The notes under the pieces: generated by a model
The model's input: the letters and a program-made list of their open reading frames with translations, nothing else
Told to the model about the DNA's origin: nothing
Database searches by the model: none
Virus record (IMG/VR): IMGVR_UViG_3300048503_000069
Length of the DNA stretch: 64,000 nucleotides
Source of the DNA: an uncultured virus (IMG/VR IMGVR_UViG_3300048503_000069)
Lineage: Duplodnaviria > Heunggongvirae > Uroviricota > Caudoviricetes
Reading direction: 5' to 3' (one strand)
Translations under genes and position numbers: made by a program
In this document: positions 42,690 through 54,814 of the stretch, in pieces
Numbering within the stretch: position 1 is the first letter of the stretch
Layout: every line of letters starts with the position of its first letter

Positions 42690-45600
42690 AGTAGCACATA
42701 AGAAACTCGACATTAGCGAGTTACGAGCAACGCTTAAAGAACTAGCGGAAGACACGGTCTTCGAGGACTTCGACGATTTTACAATTTCTATAGTCGGTAA
42801 AGAAGTACCCCCTAAAGAAGTAAGGCTAGTATTCTAAGATGGCCCCGCTAAGCACGGCAACAAGCGTAGCAATATCCTTACCAGCAATAGTAATTGCTTT
42901 TTGGTTAACAACAACGCACTTCGCGCAGCCCACTACGCTATTCGGCTTCATAGGCGCGGGTATCGTGGTATACCTACTGTTCTTAGTCTTCTGCTTAATT
43001 ATCGGGGTGCCTATGTATCTACTATCGGAGCAAATAAACAAGTGAGCACGAGACAAAACGATTTTTTCACCTACGCGGAGTTTATTATGATGTTGATTAT
43101 TATATTCGGCATCTACTATGGTGCGATGGTGGTAGGTAGATGATAGAACTCCTTAAGCGAATCTGGTATAGAATAAAAGGATTTAAGGTATTCAAAAACA
43201 CCGGCTATGAGATTCTAGCAATATCAGGTAACGATTGGATAAGCATACAATATTCAAACCAACGCGGCGAGAAGCCGATAGACATCTTAACAGATAAAGA
43301 CGCGCGGATAGTTATAGGCCCATTCCCGGCACGGAAGTTCGGTAAGAGTCTTTTCGTAGACGCTGGAAAAAATAACGTAGAGCGAATAAAAGTCCCGAGA
43401 GTATAGATGAGAATAACAATAACCTGTCCCGATTGTAACACCCAAATGGTGTTCTTTCACGGCGATATTATAAACAACCAGAGAGCAACAATAACCGCTC
43501 AGTCTGAATGTCCTATATGCGCGGCGCATTTCGTTGTAACGGTAATCATAGAGCGAGAACGGTTAACAAGTGTTAACTTCGAAGAAGACGATGAGGACGA
43601 AGATGGAAGGTAAGTATTGGATGTATTTCATCCTCGGGCTACTCGTGCTTTTAATAGCCGCTGGCGCGCTCGGGTGGAAATGAAAGAGATTTGGCTCGAG
43701 AAGCCGACGTTCTCCGGTCGAATACCTAATACATTAATTAGAGGGTATGTATTTCCCGACCGATACTATGAACATACGTGGGTGCTTTGTGCAGACCTCA
43801 CCGATGAAACGTTAGAAGAGGAATTCGATGGGATTTTGTCAAGAGGATGAAGAAGAGAGAGACGGTAGCGACGATGCGTGTACCGTTGGTAAAGATGAAA
43901 CCGGCGAAGAGATAGCCACGTGTGAAGAGTGCTGTTTATTCGAAGAGCGAGACTAAATGCTAAAAGACTATAAACAACCAATCGTCTACGCGCAAAACGA
44001 CTTAGCTATTCTTAGAAGTAAAAAAATGGTCATAGGGGTTTCTTACGAACTCGAAATGGACGCCGAGGCGTGGGTATTCACCAAGACAAGTAAAAACATA
44101 ATCGAAATTCGTAGTCGTAAAGACGATAAAAAAGAGAAAGGGACTAAGAAAAAGAAAGTGAAATCAGTAAAGCCAGCAGAGATACTCAATGAAACAGACG
44201 CCGAAGCCGTGTGAGAGCTGTAGATTTTATAATGGGTTTAATATGCCGCTAAGCGGAAAGCATTACTTTTGTTGGCTAAAGCATCGCCCTCGTAACGACG
44301 AATGTAATCATTTTTTAGAACTATGACGATTTGCGAAACATGCACAAATGAAAAGTGTCCGTATCCTAAAGATTATAGACTTCTTAAAAGTAGGTACGGA
44401 AGTTGTATTCACTTTCGAGAGAGGGAAACTAAATGGGAATCTGTACCGTAGTATCACAACAAATGGAGATACACACGGCCTCGTATATCACGAGAGCCAT
44501 AGATAACGAACCGGCTTTCATAGCTGAAGAAATAATTGCACGTGTTTCGAAGATGCACAACGACGTACTAGCTGGAAAACTTGAGGTAGACGAAATTAAA
44601 TTTTCGTGGCCGTATTAAAATGAGATATAGCGTCGCTGGCGGAAAGGGTGTTAACGTCTCCGTTCACATCACGAAACCAGACCTTTCACACGATAAATAT
44701 TATGAGTCTACCGTGTGCTTCGAAGCACCGAAAGACTTTAACGTAGGCATATACGCGGAAGCACTTTTACAACTTACTGAAAAGGCATTACGAGGTGAAG
44801 ACCTCGGCGTGAGGTTTACTAAAGAAAGCATATGTCACGAAAACATAAAGAAACTGCCGAAGTACCGCGGGTAAATCAAGAAAAGAACGCCGTACCAATA
44901 CCCTCGTCGGTTAGCGTTAGTGACTCGCTTGATGAATTAAAAGACTTATTCGCGAAAGCTTTCGAGCACGAGCACTCAAAAAAGATACTCCTAGAAGCGA
45001 TTGAGAAACTAACTGGTCAAATAGATGAGTGTAATAAACAGCACGAGGAAGACCAAGCGATAATTAACATTCTTCTTAATACCCTCGAATACGAGCCGAA
45101 ACTAACGCGGTTTAGAACATGGTTGAAGAAATAACCTGCCCGTATTGTCAAAGTCCTTTAGACATAAAGGGTGCTTTTAGAAATGCTATCGTTATCGTAA
45201 GCTGTAGTAAATGCGAGAGCTGGTGGCTTACGGTGCCGAATCGATTTACGCGAGAACTTAAGGCTTTGCTTCTCGAGAAAGCAACGTTGCGAGAACGGCT
45301 TTTCGGTATTAAATATAAAGGAGAGAATAAATGATGGAGAATATACCTATAGACGACGCGGCGATTCGAGACGGATTTGTTCATAATCTTCTTATCGTTA
45401 TCGGCGCGATTACAGCCGCGGAGATGAATAAGAACGGCCGACAGATGGTATTCAACACGCTAATAGAGTTAATGGCGTACCTACAGAACCCTTCAAGCGT
45501 TACCGAAGTTACACCCGTAGCGCCTATGAATATGTATCAGTAATATGTCAATAATGAAATACATAGGAGTTAGAAGCCTATATAGCGGTAAGGATATGGT

Positions 45601-47502
45601 GGTCGATAAGAGACCCACCTTTATGAACGAAACTTGCGTAGAGTGCTGCTTTAGTACTATACGCGCGACGCCCGACCTAGACGGGAAGATTCGAGACGCG
45701 TGGCGGTGCGCGATACGACACCATGAAGAAGCCTCTAGTTGTGAGTTAATGAGAATAATAAACTACTACGACGGAATCATTCTTAAAGAGCATATGAAAG
45801 AAAAAGATAAAGAGCGCTCGAATACCTCTTCAGCGTCTACCGTCGGCTACGTAGACGACCGCGGCGAGTTACGTTTTAGCTATGTCTTTTAAATGGAACC
45901 TCTTCGCTGAAGGCGAGGTAGAAGATATAAAAGATTTGCCGAAGCTAGATAACGCGTTGCTCTATGTTCTAGTAAAGTGTCGCGTGTGTAACGAGACGGT
46001 CTGGATAAAACATCCCTTAACAGTGTGTTCTAATTGTATTCCATAAAATGCTATTTAAATTCCCCGATGGAGAAGAACGGCCGTGTCCGCTCGGTAGAGC
46101 GAAAGAAAGCGCCAAACCGTGCGCGACGTGCGTGCATTGCGACGTGATAGGATTCTGTTACCATCCCGAAGAGATAGAGAAACCAAAAACACCTGTACGA
46201 GCGTGGCTTCCGGCGTTACAAAGGTATTCTGATGAGGTCGAACTGCGTGATAAGAAATTCTACGATAAAGACGGTAACGTAGTTAAGTTTGTTAAACTAA
46301 GCGAACAGAAAGATTGCCGACTAGAAGAGAAATGAAACAAGAAGAAATTAAATGCCACGACTGCTCCCACTTTCTAATGAAAGATGGAAGCGTGAAGGTC
46401 GATTTAAGTGGTTACATCGTTACGGCAACGGCCGTTTATGATTGCGACATTAGCAAAAAGCCAGATTCGTGTAATAAATACTCTAGGGCGTATATAGAAG
46501 ATTTAATATATTTTACACGCGGGACACCTAGAGGTAACGATGCTCCTTAAAGAAGACCAGCCGTTACTCGATGGGCTTATCGCCGCTCGAGAAGTAATTA
46601 GCGACTATCGAAATATGGTATGCGATTATAACTCATCAGAGCAGTTTATAGCTAATAGACCCGCGTGGGATAAATTAACAGGTGTTATTGGAACGCTTTA
46701 TACGGTGATTCAGCACTTCGAGAAACCAAAGGAACACATGAGAGAGGACATTCTTGAATTTCTCGATAAGAATGTATCTTTCTACGACGGCGACGAAGAG
46801 AACAGTTTTAATTTAGTTACATTTAAAAAAGATTTAAACGACTTTCTCGACCATCGAGAGAATTGGGAGCTGCATAGAGAACGATACTATAGCGGCGGTT
46901 CTCGTTACTATTACGTTAAGAAGGAGAAACAATGTTAAAAGACGTAGACGACCAATTAAAAAAGTTAGGCGTAGCGCCACCCGTTCAACCAGCGATAGAC
47001 CAGCTTAAAGCGCTCGAGATGGATGATTTAGGCGATAAAGTTACAAAGATAACCGAGTCAATTCAAGCCCTCGCTACGCGAGTCGAACGTGTAGAGGATT
47101 ATATGATAAACGAAGCACTTGGCGAAGACGAGAAGGATAAAATTCTCGATGACATTCAAAACGGTCGACTCGTGATTAAGATAGGTAAATAAAATGCCAA
47201 CGAAAGAGCTACGAGAAAAACGCAGAGTAAAGATGATTCCGCGCGAGAAAGACATTCAGTGCACGATAGGCGTAGTCATTATCTGGATTGTTCTAACTGC
47301 TCTCGCGCTCTCTTGGGGATTCATACATTAAGGAGAAATAAATGAGTGTAGTTACAGTAGGCTTAGCTAATATATTCCTATGGTTAATGGTATTCACGGC
47401 CGCACTCTTCTACGGGGGAAGTCTTAACGGGGTCTTAGCACTTACGCTAATGTTTATAGCGTTATTATTCACGCTTGCCGGTTTATTCATACGCGATTAA
47501 AG

Positions 47503-47850
47503 ATGTTAGGAAACACGTACTTAAAAGACCGGCTCACTGGCAAAGTAAAGTCCGGCGAGAGTAGAAGCCCTAAATGGCCTGAGGTTAGAGATGCGTTCTT
47601 AAAAGAAAACCCTACGTGTGCGGTATGTGGCGAACGAAAGAAACTACAAGCACATCATAAATACCCGTTTCATCTTTGGCCTAATCTAGAGCTTGAGTCA
47701 ACTAATTTAATAACGCTATGCGAAACTACCTCGAATCATCATCTTTTATTCGGGCATCTAATGAACTGGCGAGCGTATAACGTAAACGTAGTTTTAGACG
47801 CTAAACAGTGGTGGATACGAATTAAATCTCGACCGTATGATAAGAGCTAA
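47503..47850 (+). CDS. HNH endonuclease
   Basis: CAVCG..AHHKYPFHL..NLITLC..HHLLFGH. Confidence 0.85.
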   Translation: MLGNTYLKDRLTGKVKSGESRSPKWPEVRDAFLKENPTCAVCGERKKLQAHHKYPFHLWPNLELESTNLITLCETTSNHHLLFGHLMNWRAYNVNVVLDAKQWWIRIKSRPYDKS

Positions 47851-48192
47851 ATGAGCGATTCTAGAGAGATTCGGAAAGAAAAATTAGCATTAGCCACATT
47901 TACGCGAAATCGCGAATGGGATAAGCTTCAAAGAAGGTTTCTAAAGCAGCACCCATTATGTGCGGTATGTGGTACTAAACATCCAGAGGTGCACCACATA
48001 AAACCGTTTCATCTTTTTCCGAGTCTCGAGCTAGAAGAATCAAATTTAATTGCCTTATGTTTCGAGCATCATCTTTTATTCGGGCATCTAATGAGTTATA
48101 AATCATATAATCCGAATGTGCTCGAAGATGTACAGATATATAAAGAAAAGATACGCGCGCGGCCTAAGCCGCGAATAAAAGAAGGAGTGTAA
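47851..48192 (+). CDS. HNH endonuclease (tandem paralog)
   Basis: CAVCG..VHHIKPFHL..NLIALC..HHLLFGH. Confidence 0.85.
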   Translation: MSDSREIRKEKLALATFTRNREWDKLQRRFLKQHPLCAVCGTKHPEVHHIKPFHLFPSLELEESNLIALCFEHHLLFGHLMSYKSYNPNVLEDVQIYKEKIRARPKPRIKEGV

Positions 48193-48564
48193 AATGAGAG
48201 AACTAGAGTTTCTGCAATCAGTACCGCCTTATCGAGTTGGAGAGATAGCGTGCTTCGATGACGAACACGCCGCTAAGCTCGTGAAGGTCGGTGCAGCGAA
48301 ATATTATAAGAGAAAGTGAGACGATGGCGCATAAGCATAAGGACGAAGACTTAAGCGACCTCGGAAAGATGCGAGCTAAACAATCTAAGAGAAATAAAGA
48401 GCTTGCTAAGCAGGTCGATAAACGTTTAGCTATGGTAGATGAACTCGATAAAAGAGTGCGTTACCTAGAAGATACGTTTAGAAAACAGAGAGGAATAAAC
48501 TACCCACGTATTCCATATTTTAGCGGAAAACATTAAGGAAATGATAAAAGGAGATACATAGAGA

Positions 48565-49812
48565 ATGAGTAAACCATTTAGAAGAGGCTTAGGCTGTAAT
48601 CGTGACCCGCCCCACAAGGACGCACCGCGCCTACTAAGCCGCGAACAGATAGAAAAACTCCCGGCGAGTTATATGATTAAAGACTTAACTCCTGTGGGTG
48701 ACCAAGGAAACGAAGGGTCCTGCACAGGTAACGCTGGTGACAACGTATATAAAATCCGCGACGCTATGATAAACGGAACGTTTGTTAACGGTGCGCGGCA
48801 GCAGATTTATCAGTGTGCCTTAGCCCACGACGGCAATCCATTTCAGGATGTGGGCTCTAGTCTATCAACAATAGCGTGGGTTCTCCAGAACGTCGGTGTT
48901 GCGCCTGAGTCGGAGTTTCCGTACACTGGGGGAATGCAGGGCGCAGTTCCAACCGCCGTACTTAACGACGCTAAGAAACACGAAGCCACAAAAGAACTAC
49001 GTCTCGACGCAACAGATGAAACCACAACAATAGCTAACGTTAAAGCGGCAATCGCACCAAACGCAGTTATACAATCTAGTTACCCGGTCATGTTCGGCTT
49101 TGACGTGCCTGAGTCTTTCTTTAACACTGGTTCATCAGGTAATATGCCCACTCCTAGCGGTGGCATTGCAGGTGGCCACGCTAACGTTTTCATAGGCTAC
49201 GACGACGCACATACGGGTAACTATGACGGAAGCAAAGGCGCGTTTTATATTAAGAACAGTTGGGGCTCTGGTTGGGGTGCTAATGGGTATTGGTATATGC
49301 CCTACTCGTTTTTCCTAGATACCGACGATGGGGTCGGTGACTGTTGGGCCATAATAAATACCTCGGACTTTAACCCTAGCCCCACACCCGGTCCCGCGCC
49401 AGTAGCAGCAGATGGCTCGAATCCTGCAACGTGTGTCGTTAATGGAACAACGTATGCGTTTGGGTGGGGTTTAAGCAACGCGCTTTACTATGCCATTCTA
49501 GGTGGTAATACGTGGAAGTCTCTCGGCGGAACGCTAAGCTCTGGTGTCGCAGCGGTTACCGTGGGTAATGACGCATATATCTTCGGACGTGGCGCGAATA
49601 AAGAAACGCTTTATTATCGAACGCTTACGAAGAATTGGGTCACGGTGCCTATGGGAACCCTAGTCGCGACGTCAGCACCGGCAGTAACCGCGAGTAACGG
49701 TATCATAGCACTCGAGGTTCGTGGCGGCGATAAGGCAGTCTGGTATGTTACGCTTAATACCGCTACTGGTGCGTTCGGTAAGTGGACAAGTCTAGGTGGT
49801 CAGCTAAACTAA
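48565..49812 (+). CDS. Papain-like C1 cysteine peptidase plus W-x-SLGG repeat module
   Basis: DQGNEGSC, GGHAN..GYDD, KNSWG catalytic motifs. Confidence 0.88.
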   Translation: MSKPFRRGLGCNRDPPHKDAPRLLSREQIEKLPASYMIKDLTPVGDQGNEGSCTGNAGDNVYKIRDAMINGTFVNGARQQIYQCALAHDGNPFQDVGSSLSTIAWVLQNVGVAPESEFPYTGGMQGAVPTAVLNDAKKHEATKELRLDATDETTTIANVKAAIAPNAVIQSSYPVMFGFDVPESFFNTGSSGNMPTPSGGIAGGHANVFIGYDDAHTGNYDGSKGAFYIKNSWGSGWGANGYWYMPYSFFLDTDDGVGDCWAIINTSDFNPSPTPGPAPVAADGSNPATCVVNGTTYAFGWGLSNALYYAILGGNTWKSLGGTLSSGVAAVTVGNDAYIFGRGANKETLYYRTLTKNWVTVPMGTLVATSAPAVTASNGIIALEVRGGDKAVWYVTLNTATGAFGKWTSLGGQLN

Positions 49813-50049
49813 TTGAATGAGAGAGTCAACTAAATGCGAAGGCTGTGACCGGCCGGTTTTTATCGAACCAGCGGTAGAACGCGAGACCGGTCAGCTTTAT
49901 TTATTTTGTCCCTTCTGCGAACGTAATAATTTTTTACCGATTATAGAACGCGAATCGAATCCCGAATTAAAAGACATAGCCACTGATACGGAAATAGTTG
50001 AGGAAATAGTCATAAAGAAAAGACGAAGAAGAGTTAATGGTAAGAAAAA

Positions 50050-50688
50050 ATGAGTAAAGCGTGTTCGATATGCGGGGCGTTATTCGAATCTAAGCAATTT
50101 AAAACCTGTGATAAATGTCGCGCTCGGACGCGCGATTGGAAAAAGGCCAATCATAAAAAGAATAGTGAATATAACCGTAAATATCGAATAATAAATAAGG
50201 TTAGATTAGTAGAATACGCACATAAATATTATATGATTAATCGCGAGCAGATTTGTAAAAAAGCACAAGAGTATAAGAAACTAAATCACGATGAGATACT
50301 AAAACGCGGTTTAATTTACCGCGAAGCAAATCGCGAAAGAGAAAATAAACGTAGCTGTTTATGGTTAAAAGTTAATCGTGAGAAATGTAGAGTACAGGAA
50401 CACACTCGACGCGCGAGAATTAACGGAAGTAGTGGCTCTTACTCTCTACAAGAAGAGATGGAATTGTTTACTTGGCAGGAAGGTAAATGTCATTATTGTG
50501 GTAACTTTCTATATCTCTCATACCCACAGAAATATCATATAGACCATAAAACACCGTTATCGCGTGGCGGTTCTAATCTAATCGACAATATCGCGCTATC
50601 TTGTAAGTTCTGTAATATACGTAAAGGTACTAAAACTGAATTAGAATTCTTTAAGTTTTTAGTTAAAAACGAGGAAAAAAATGAGTAA
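50050..50688 (+). CDS. HNH endonuclease, family B
   Basis: WQEGKCHYCG..HIDHKTPLSRGGSN..NIALSC..CN. Confidence 0.88.
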   Translation: MSKACSICGALFESKQFKTCDKCRARTRDWKKANHKKNSEYNRKYRIINKVRLVEYAHKYYMINREQICKKAQEYKKLNHDEILKRGLIYREANRERENKRSCLWLKVNREKCRVQEHTRRARINGSSGSYSLQEEMELFTWQEGKCHYCGNFLYLSYPQKYHIDHKTPLSRGGSNLIDNIALSCKFCNIRKGTKTELEFFKFLVKNEEKNE

Positions 50689-51303
50689 AGATAGTATTCC
50701 CATTAGGCCCGTAGACGGAAGCGACGCGCCGAAAGACGCCCCGATAATGGTAAATCCAAATAATCTCATGGGCTTCACGATAACGGTAGAGAATCCACCC
50801 ACTAATAATCGAAAAGCCTTTGTTGTTTTCTTAGTGATTCTCGCGATAACGTTTCTTATGGGTGTAATGGTGCAAGCGCAGTTTCATCTAGTATGAGTAA
50901 AAACCCGTTTGATTACATCGTCTTTGACCTAAAATTCGCGCTAAGAAGATTCTGCGCGGCTAACGGATTAAACTACGACCTTATGACCTTCGAGACACTT
51001 AAGCACGAAGAGAAAAGAAAAGGTAGGATGGTCTTTACGCTCGAAGCGCGCTCGATTGAAACAGAGAAACACCCTAACCCGAACGGAAGGTATGTAGTAG
51101 TGCATTTCACTACACCACCGGGGTTATACGCGCGGATAAAAGGAGTGAGATGAGCGAGCTAATCTGTGGCTCGTGTCAGCATTATAGGCTCTTTTATCCG
51201 CGAGCGAATACGTTTCGAACGTATTGCGAGATTCTATGGCACCTGCATAGTAATGATGTATGTTATCAGCGTTCGGATTATAGAATGAGCGATTGGTTAT
51301 AAA

Positions 51304-53202
51304 ATGCCACCGAAAAGCGATAAGCGAACCCCCGAACAAGAGAACCGACACCAGCAGCTAGGGACTCTTCTTAGAAACTTTAAGCTTGTTCAGTTACGGC
51401 TAGCGAGAAACATCATAAACAACGCAATAAAGAAAGACACCGGCTACGTTCGCTCAATTTTCGCGTCGCATATGGACATAAGCCACACTCAACAAGAGCT
51501 ACAAAACCATTACCGAACCGTTGCACCGCAGATTTGGGAAGAGGCTATTAAACAAATCTGGTTACAGGTCGGTAAAGAAAGCATAACACTTCATCAAGCG
51601 TTCTTTACGGGAAAAGGGGCCGTCGCGTATGAGAAAGATTATGACGAGGCCGAGTTTGCTATTAATTATTACGATGACGAACCTCTCGCGATAGTGAAGT
51701 CAAGTGACGATGAATGGGAACCGATACCGGCGTTTAACTTCTTCGAGCCGGAACCCGAACTCGTAATTAAAACATGGTTCGGCGAAGTTGAGTGGAAAGA
51801 CGTTAGCGCTATTAACGACACATGGGCTGGAACAGTTAATGATTATATTAAAGACCAAGCGGATAACCGCCTTAGTGGTGTTGCCGACACAACGTGGGAC
51901 GGGATTAAGAACACCATAGCCGACGGGATTGCGAACGGCGATAGCCATATCGATATAGGAAAAGCGGTAGAATCTCAGTTAAGCGAGACGTGGGCCGGTA
52001 GGGGTGAAACAATCGCGCGAACGGAGACCGCAGCGGCATCTAATTACGCCTCGCTCGTGACCGCGCAAGCCTCCGCTTCGGATTTAAATAAAATATGGAT
52101 ATGTTCTTTTGTTAACTCTAGAGACGCACATATAGACGCGGACTCGGATTACGGTAGCGGAAGCGGAATCCCGCAGGATGAACCTTTCGAAGTAGATGGC
52201 GAAGATTTAGACTACCCCGGCGACCCGAGCGGCTCGGCCGAGAACGTTATTAATTGTATGTGCTCTATCGGCTACGAACCCGCTTCGGAAGAAGAAACAT
52301 CACCGACAACCGAAGAAAGCGGAGAAGGCGCACAAGCCGCCGAAGGCGACGAAGGCGTTTCAGCGCTTACGGGACTCACTGACGACCAGACATCTCAATT
52401 AAGCGGTCTATTCGACCAATTAGCAAGCGGTGAGGGACCATTAAGCGACGAAGCGCAGTCCGCGTTAATGAGTCAGATGCAAGATATATTAGGTATCGGG
52501 GTAGAGGCTGAAACGCCAGTAGCGGCGGCAACCGCGACCGCCGACGTAAGCGAAGCAGTTCCAACGCTCGAGGCCCCGCAGTTTAGCTCTTCGAAGGAAG
52601 CCGTTCAGTGGCTAAAGGATAAGGGACTTGTAACCGATACGTTTAAAATAGCTAACGTAGACCCCGAGCTACTACAGGCAGTAGCGACGAGTCTTAATTC
52701 TAACCTCTCGGCAGACCTAAACTATATGCCCGACTCGATAGAGGCTCTTACTAAATACTCTGGAAAAGGCTTACCAAGTTACGGAATGGAAACAATTTCG
52801 GCGTATAGTAAATATCCTGCAATACCGGATAATTTAATAAAGACCGATTTACGAATGGGTATAACATCAATGTCTGATTGGTATAAAGAATGGGAGATAA
52901 CGTCAGCAACCTTAACAGAAACGGGTGTTCCAATAAACGCTACCGGATTTTTCGCGCAAGAAGACGCAGCGGAGGTAGCGGCCGACCACGAAGTAGGACA
53001 TATGCTCTGGGCTCAGCTTCCGTCGGAAGTACAGAGCGAATATATATCAAACGCTTATATGGACGCAAGTAAACTAACTAAGTATGGTGCATATGATATA
53101 CAGGAATCGTTCGCTGATAATTATGCTGTATGGCGGCGCGACGCAAGTCTTATGAATCCTTCGGTTAAAGCATTTTATGATGGGGTGTTATTATCACACT
53201 AA
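51304..53202 (+). CDS. MuF/SPP1 gp7-like minor head protein with C-terminal HExxH domain
   Basis: TIARTET, RDAH, YPGDP..AENVINCMC; C-terminal HEVGH..ESFAD. Confidence 0.85.
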   Translation: MPPKSDKRTPEQENRHQQLGTLLRNFKLVQLRLARNIINNAIKKDTGYVRSIFASHMDISHTQQELQNHYRTVAPQIWEEAIKQIWLQVGKESITLHQAFFTGKGAVAYEKDYDEAEFAINYYDDEPLAIVKSSDDEWEPIPAFNFFEPEPELVIKTWFGEVEWKDVSAINDTWAGTVNDYIKDQADNRLSGVADTTWDGIKNTIADGIANGDSHIDIGKAVESQLSETWAGRGETIARTETAAASNYASLVTAQASASDLNKIWICSFVNSRDAHIDADSDYGSGSGIPQDEPFEVDGEDLDYPGDPSGSAENVINCMCSIGYEPASEEETSPTTEESGEGAQAAEGDEGVSALTGLTDDQTSQLSGLFDQLASGEGPLSDEAQSALMSQMQDILGIGVEAETPVAAATATADVSEAVPTLEAPQFSSSKEAVQWLKDKGLVTDTFKIANVDPELLQAVATSLNSNLSADLNYMPDSIEALTKYSGKGLPSYGMETISAYSKYPAIPDNLIKTDLRMGITSMSDWYKEWEITSATLTETGVPINATGFFAQEDAAEVAADHEVGHMLWAQLPSEVQSEYISNAYMDASKLTKYGAYDIQESFADNYAVWRRDASLMNPSVKAFYDGVLLSH

Positions 53203-53417
53203 TATTACCACAATGTCTTATATGTAAATGGCTCGAGAAGGGGATTAACTGTAAAGCTTTTCCGAAGCCGCAAAGGATACCGGACGAGATTTTACTTAAT
53301 ACGTTCGACCACCGTAAGCCATATCGCGGCGACCACGGCGTTCAGTTCGAACTAGCGGCCGGTAAAGAGCCTATGAACTTTACTCATGACGAGACGACGA
53401 TTATAGAAGATAAATAA
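53190..53417 (+). CDS. Small Cys/His protein downstream of MuF (non-canonical start)
   Basis: PQCLICKW..CKAFP..IPDEI..DHRKPYRGDHGVQFE; no in-frame ATG/GTG/TTG at the 5' end. Confidence 0.6.
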   Translation: MITLILPQCLICKWLEKGINCKAFPKPQRIPDEILLNTFDHRKPYRGDHGVQFELAAGKEPMNFTHDETTIIEDK

Positions 53418-53419
53418 AA

Positions 53420-53917
53420 ATGAAACAACGATTCGAGCCGAAGCTAGTTAAGCAGTTAAATGAATTCTTCGACGTAACGAAGACAAAAGCTATTGCATAT
53501 AGGCTTCGACCACAACAAGGAAGTTATGGCTACCAAAATATCGATATATTAGTCGATGGCGAAGAGTATTACTTGGGAATAGAATGTAAAAGCGTTTTAG
53601 TACCTTCACAAAATAAAATTTATTTTAGAAGTCACTTCACCACGGACTCAAAAGGAATTCATCAAGTGACCCGCATAAACGACTTTCTCTCGAAAAGCGG
53701 CAGAAAAGGAATTTGTGCAATAGAGTTACGCGATGATACGAATAGAAAAATCGCAAAGACTGATGTTCGTTTTATGCCGTGGCGCGAAGTAGCAAGAATA
53801 TATGAAAGTGGCGCTAAGGCCATCGAATACGAAGAAGTTCGCGCGTGGCCGCAATACATGAAGATTAAAGGGGTCTTTAATCTAGATGCATGTCTAGAAA
53901 CGTGCTTCGAGACGTGA
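53420..53917 (+). CDS. Hjc/RecU-like Holliday junction resolvase (PD-(D/E)XK)
   Basis: FE..L, IDILVD, GIECKS. Confidence 0.65.
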   Translation: MKQRFEPKLVKQLNEFFDVTKTKAIAYRLRPQQGSYGYQNIDILVDGEEYYLGIECKSVLVPSQNKIYFRSHFTTDSKGIHQVTRINDFLSKSGRKGICAIELRDDTNRKIAKTDVRFMPWREVARIYESGAKAIEYEEVRAWPQYMKIKGVFNLDACLETCFET

Positions 53918-54094
53918 GAGTGGCTAACCACACTCGAAATACGGCTACAAGAGTTGCGTTTTTAGCGATTAAAGCTCTTATAGCTCTTCTTTTATAGCGC
54001 GTATCTATAACCCTACGAGTATCGTCTCGATTAGGGCCATAGAGGTAACTATAGCTAGATAAATATATAAGAAATTACGATAGTTAAATAGAAG

Positions 54095-54556
54095 ATGGTA
54101 AAAAGAAGCGCATATCAAGCGCGAAAGAATAGAATGTACGTTCGTTGTAAGAAATGCGATAGCTCCTTTATGATAGAGCCGTTTGAAGCGCATGCACATT
54201 GTCCTACTTGTGGATGTATGCGAGTAGCATTTAAAGTTAAACCATTTGACCGCATAACTAGAGAAGAGTATAAAGCGAACGAAGCTAGAAATAGAGATAA
54301 AGGTACTTATTTTATATTATGTAGAAATGGTGGAAATCCAGATTATGTAAAAATTGGAAAGGTTGTAGGCAATATAAAGGCCGCACAGAAAAGGGTTGTG
54401 AAGTTACAGGTTGGTTGTCCTTATGAGTTAGTCTTACTAAAATTTACACGTAATTTAAATGAACTAGAGACTCAAGAGAAATTTAAAGAAGATTTAATTC
54501 GCGGTGAATGGTTTGCGTACACCGAAGAACTACGTACTTTTATAGATAATCTATAG
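54095..54556 (+). CDS. GIY-YIG (T5orf172-like) nuclease
   Basis: YFI..VKIG..RV..LQVGCPY..GEWF. Confidence 0.78.
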   Translation: MVKRSAYQARKNRMYVRCKKCDSSFMIEPFEAHAHCPTCGCMRVAFKVKPFDRITREEYKANEARNRDKGTYFILCRNGGNPDYVKIGKVVGNIKAAQKRVVKLQVGCPYELVLLKFTRNLNELETQEKFKEDLIRGEWFAYTEELRTFIDNL

Positions 54557-54814
54557 CCCCCCGAGCGCACTTTCGTTATTATTATTTTTCTTTTTTAGCT
54601 TTTCTTCAGCTTCAGCTATGATAAATTCCCACTTATAGGATTCGTTGGGTAAGATGATATACTCCATTTTTCTTTTTCACTCTCCGTAGATAGAGAAGTC
54701 GTATAGCATAGTAGTAGTTTCGCACATAGAACATAGAGAACTCCTTTTTTTCGAGGTGAGGTTTACACGTGTTAATTTATTTCGAAACTCAAAGGTATAT
54801 ATACATAATGATAT

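Noticed and set aside
28040..49812. DGR template/variable repeat pair
   Set aside because: Differences are mostly synonymous and not adenine-specific; no reverse transcriptase in the window.
17942..54767. Loop aacctcacctc complementary to gaggtgaggtt at 54753
   Set aside because: Only 11 nt, mostly the SD core, with no convincing gene downstream of the site.
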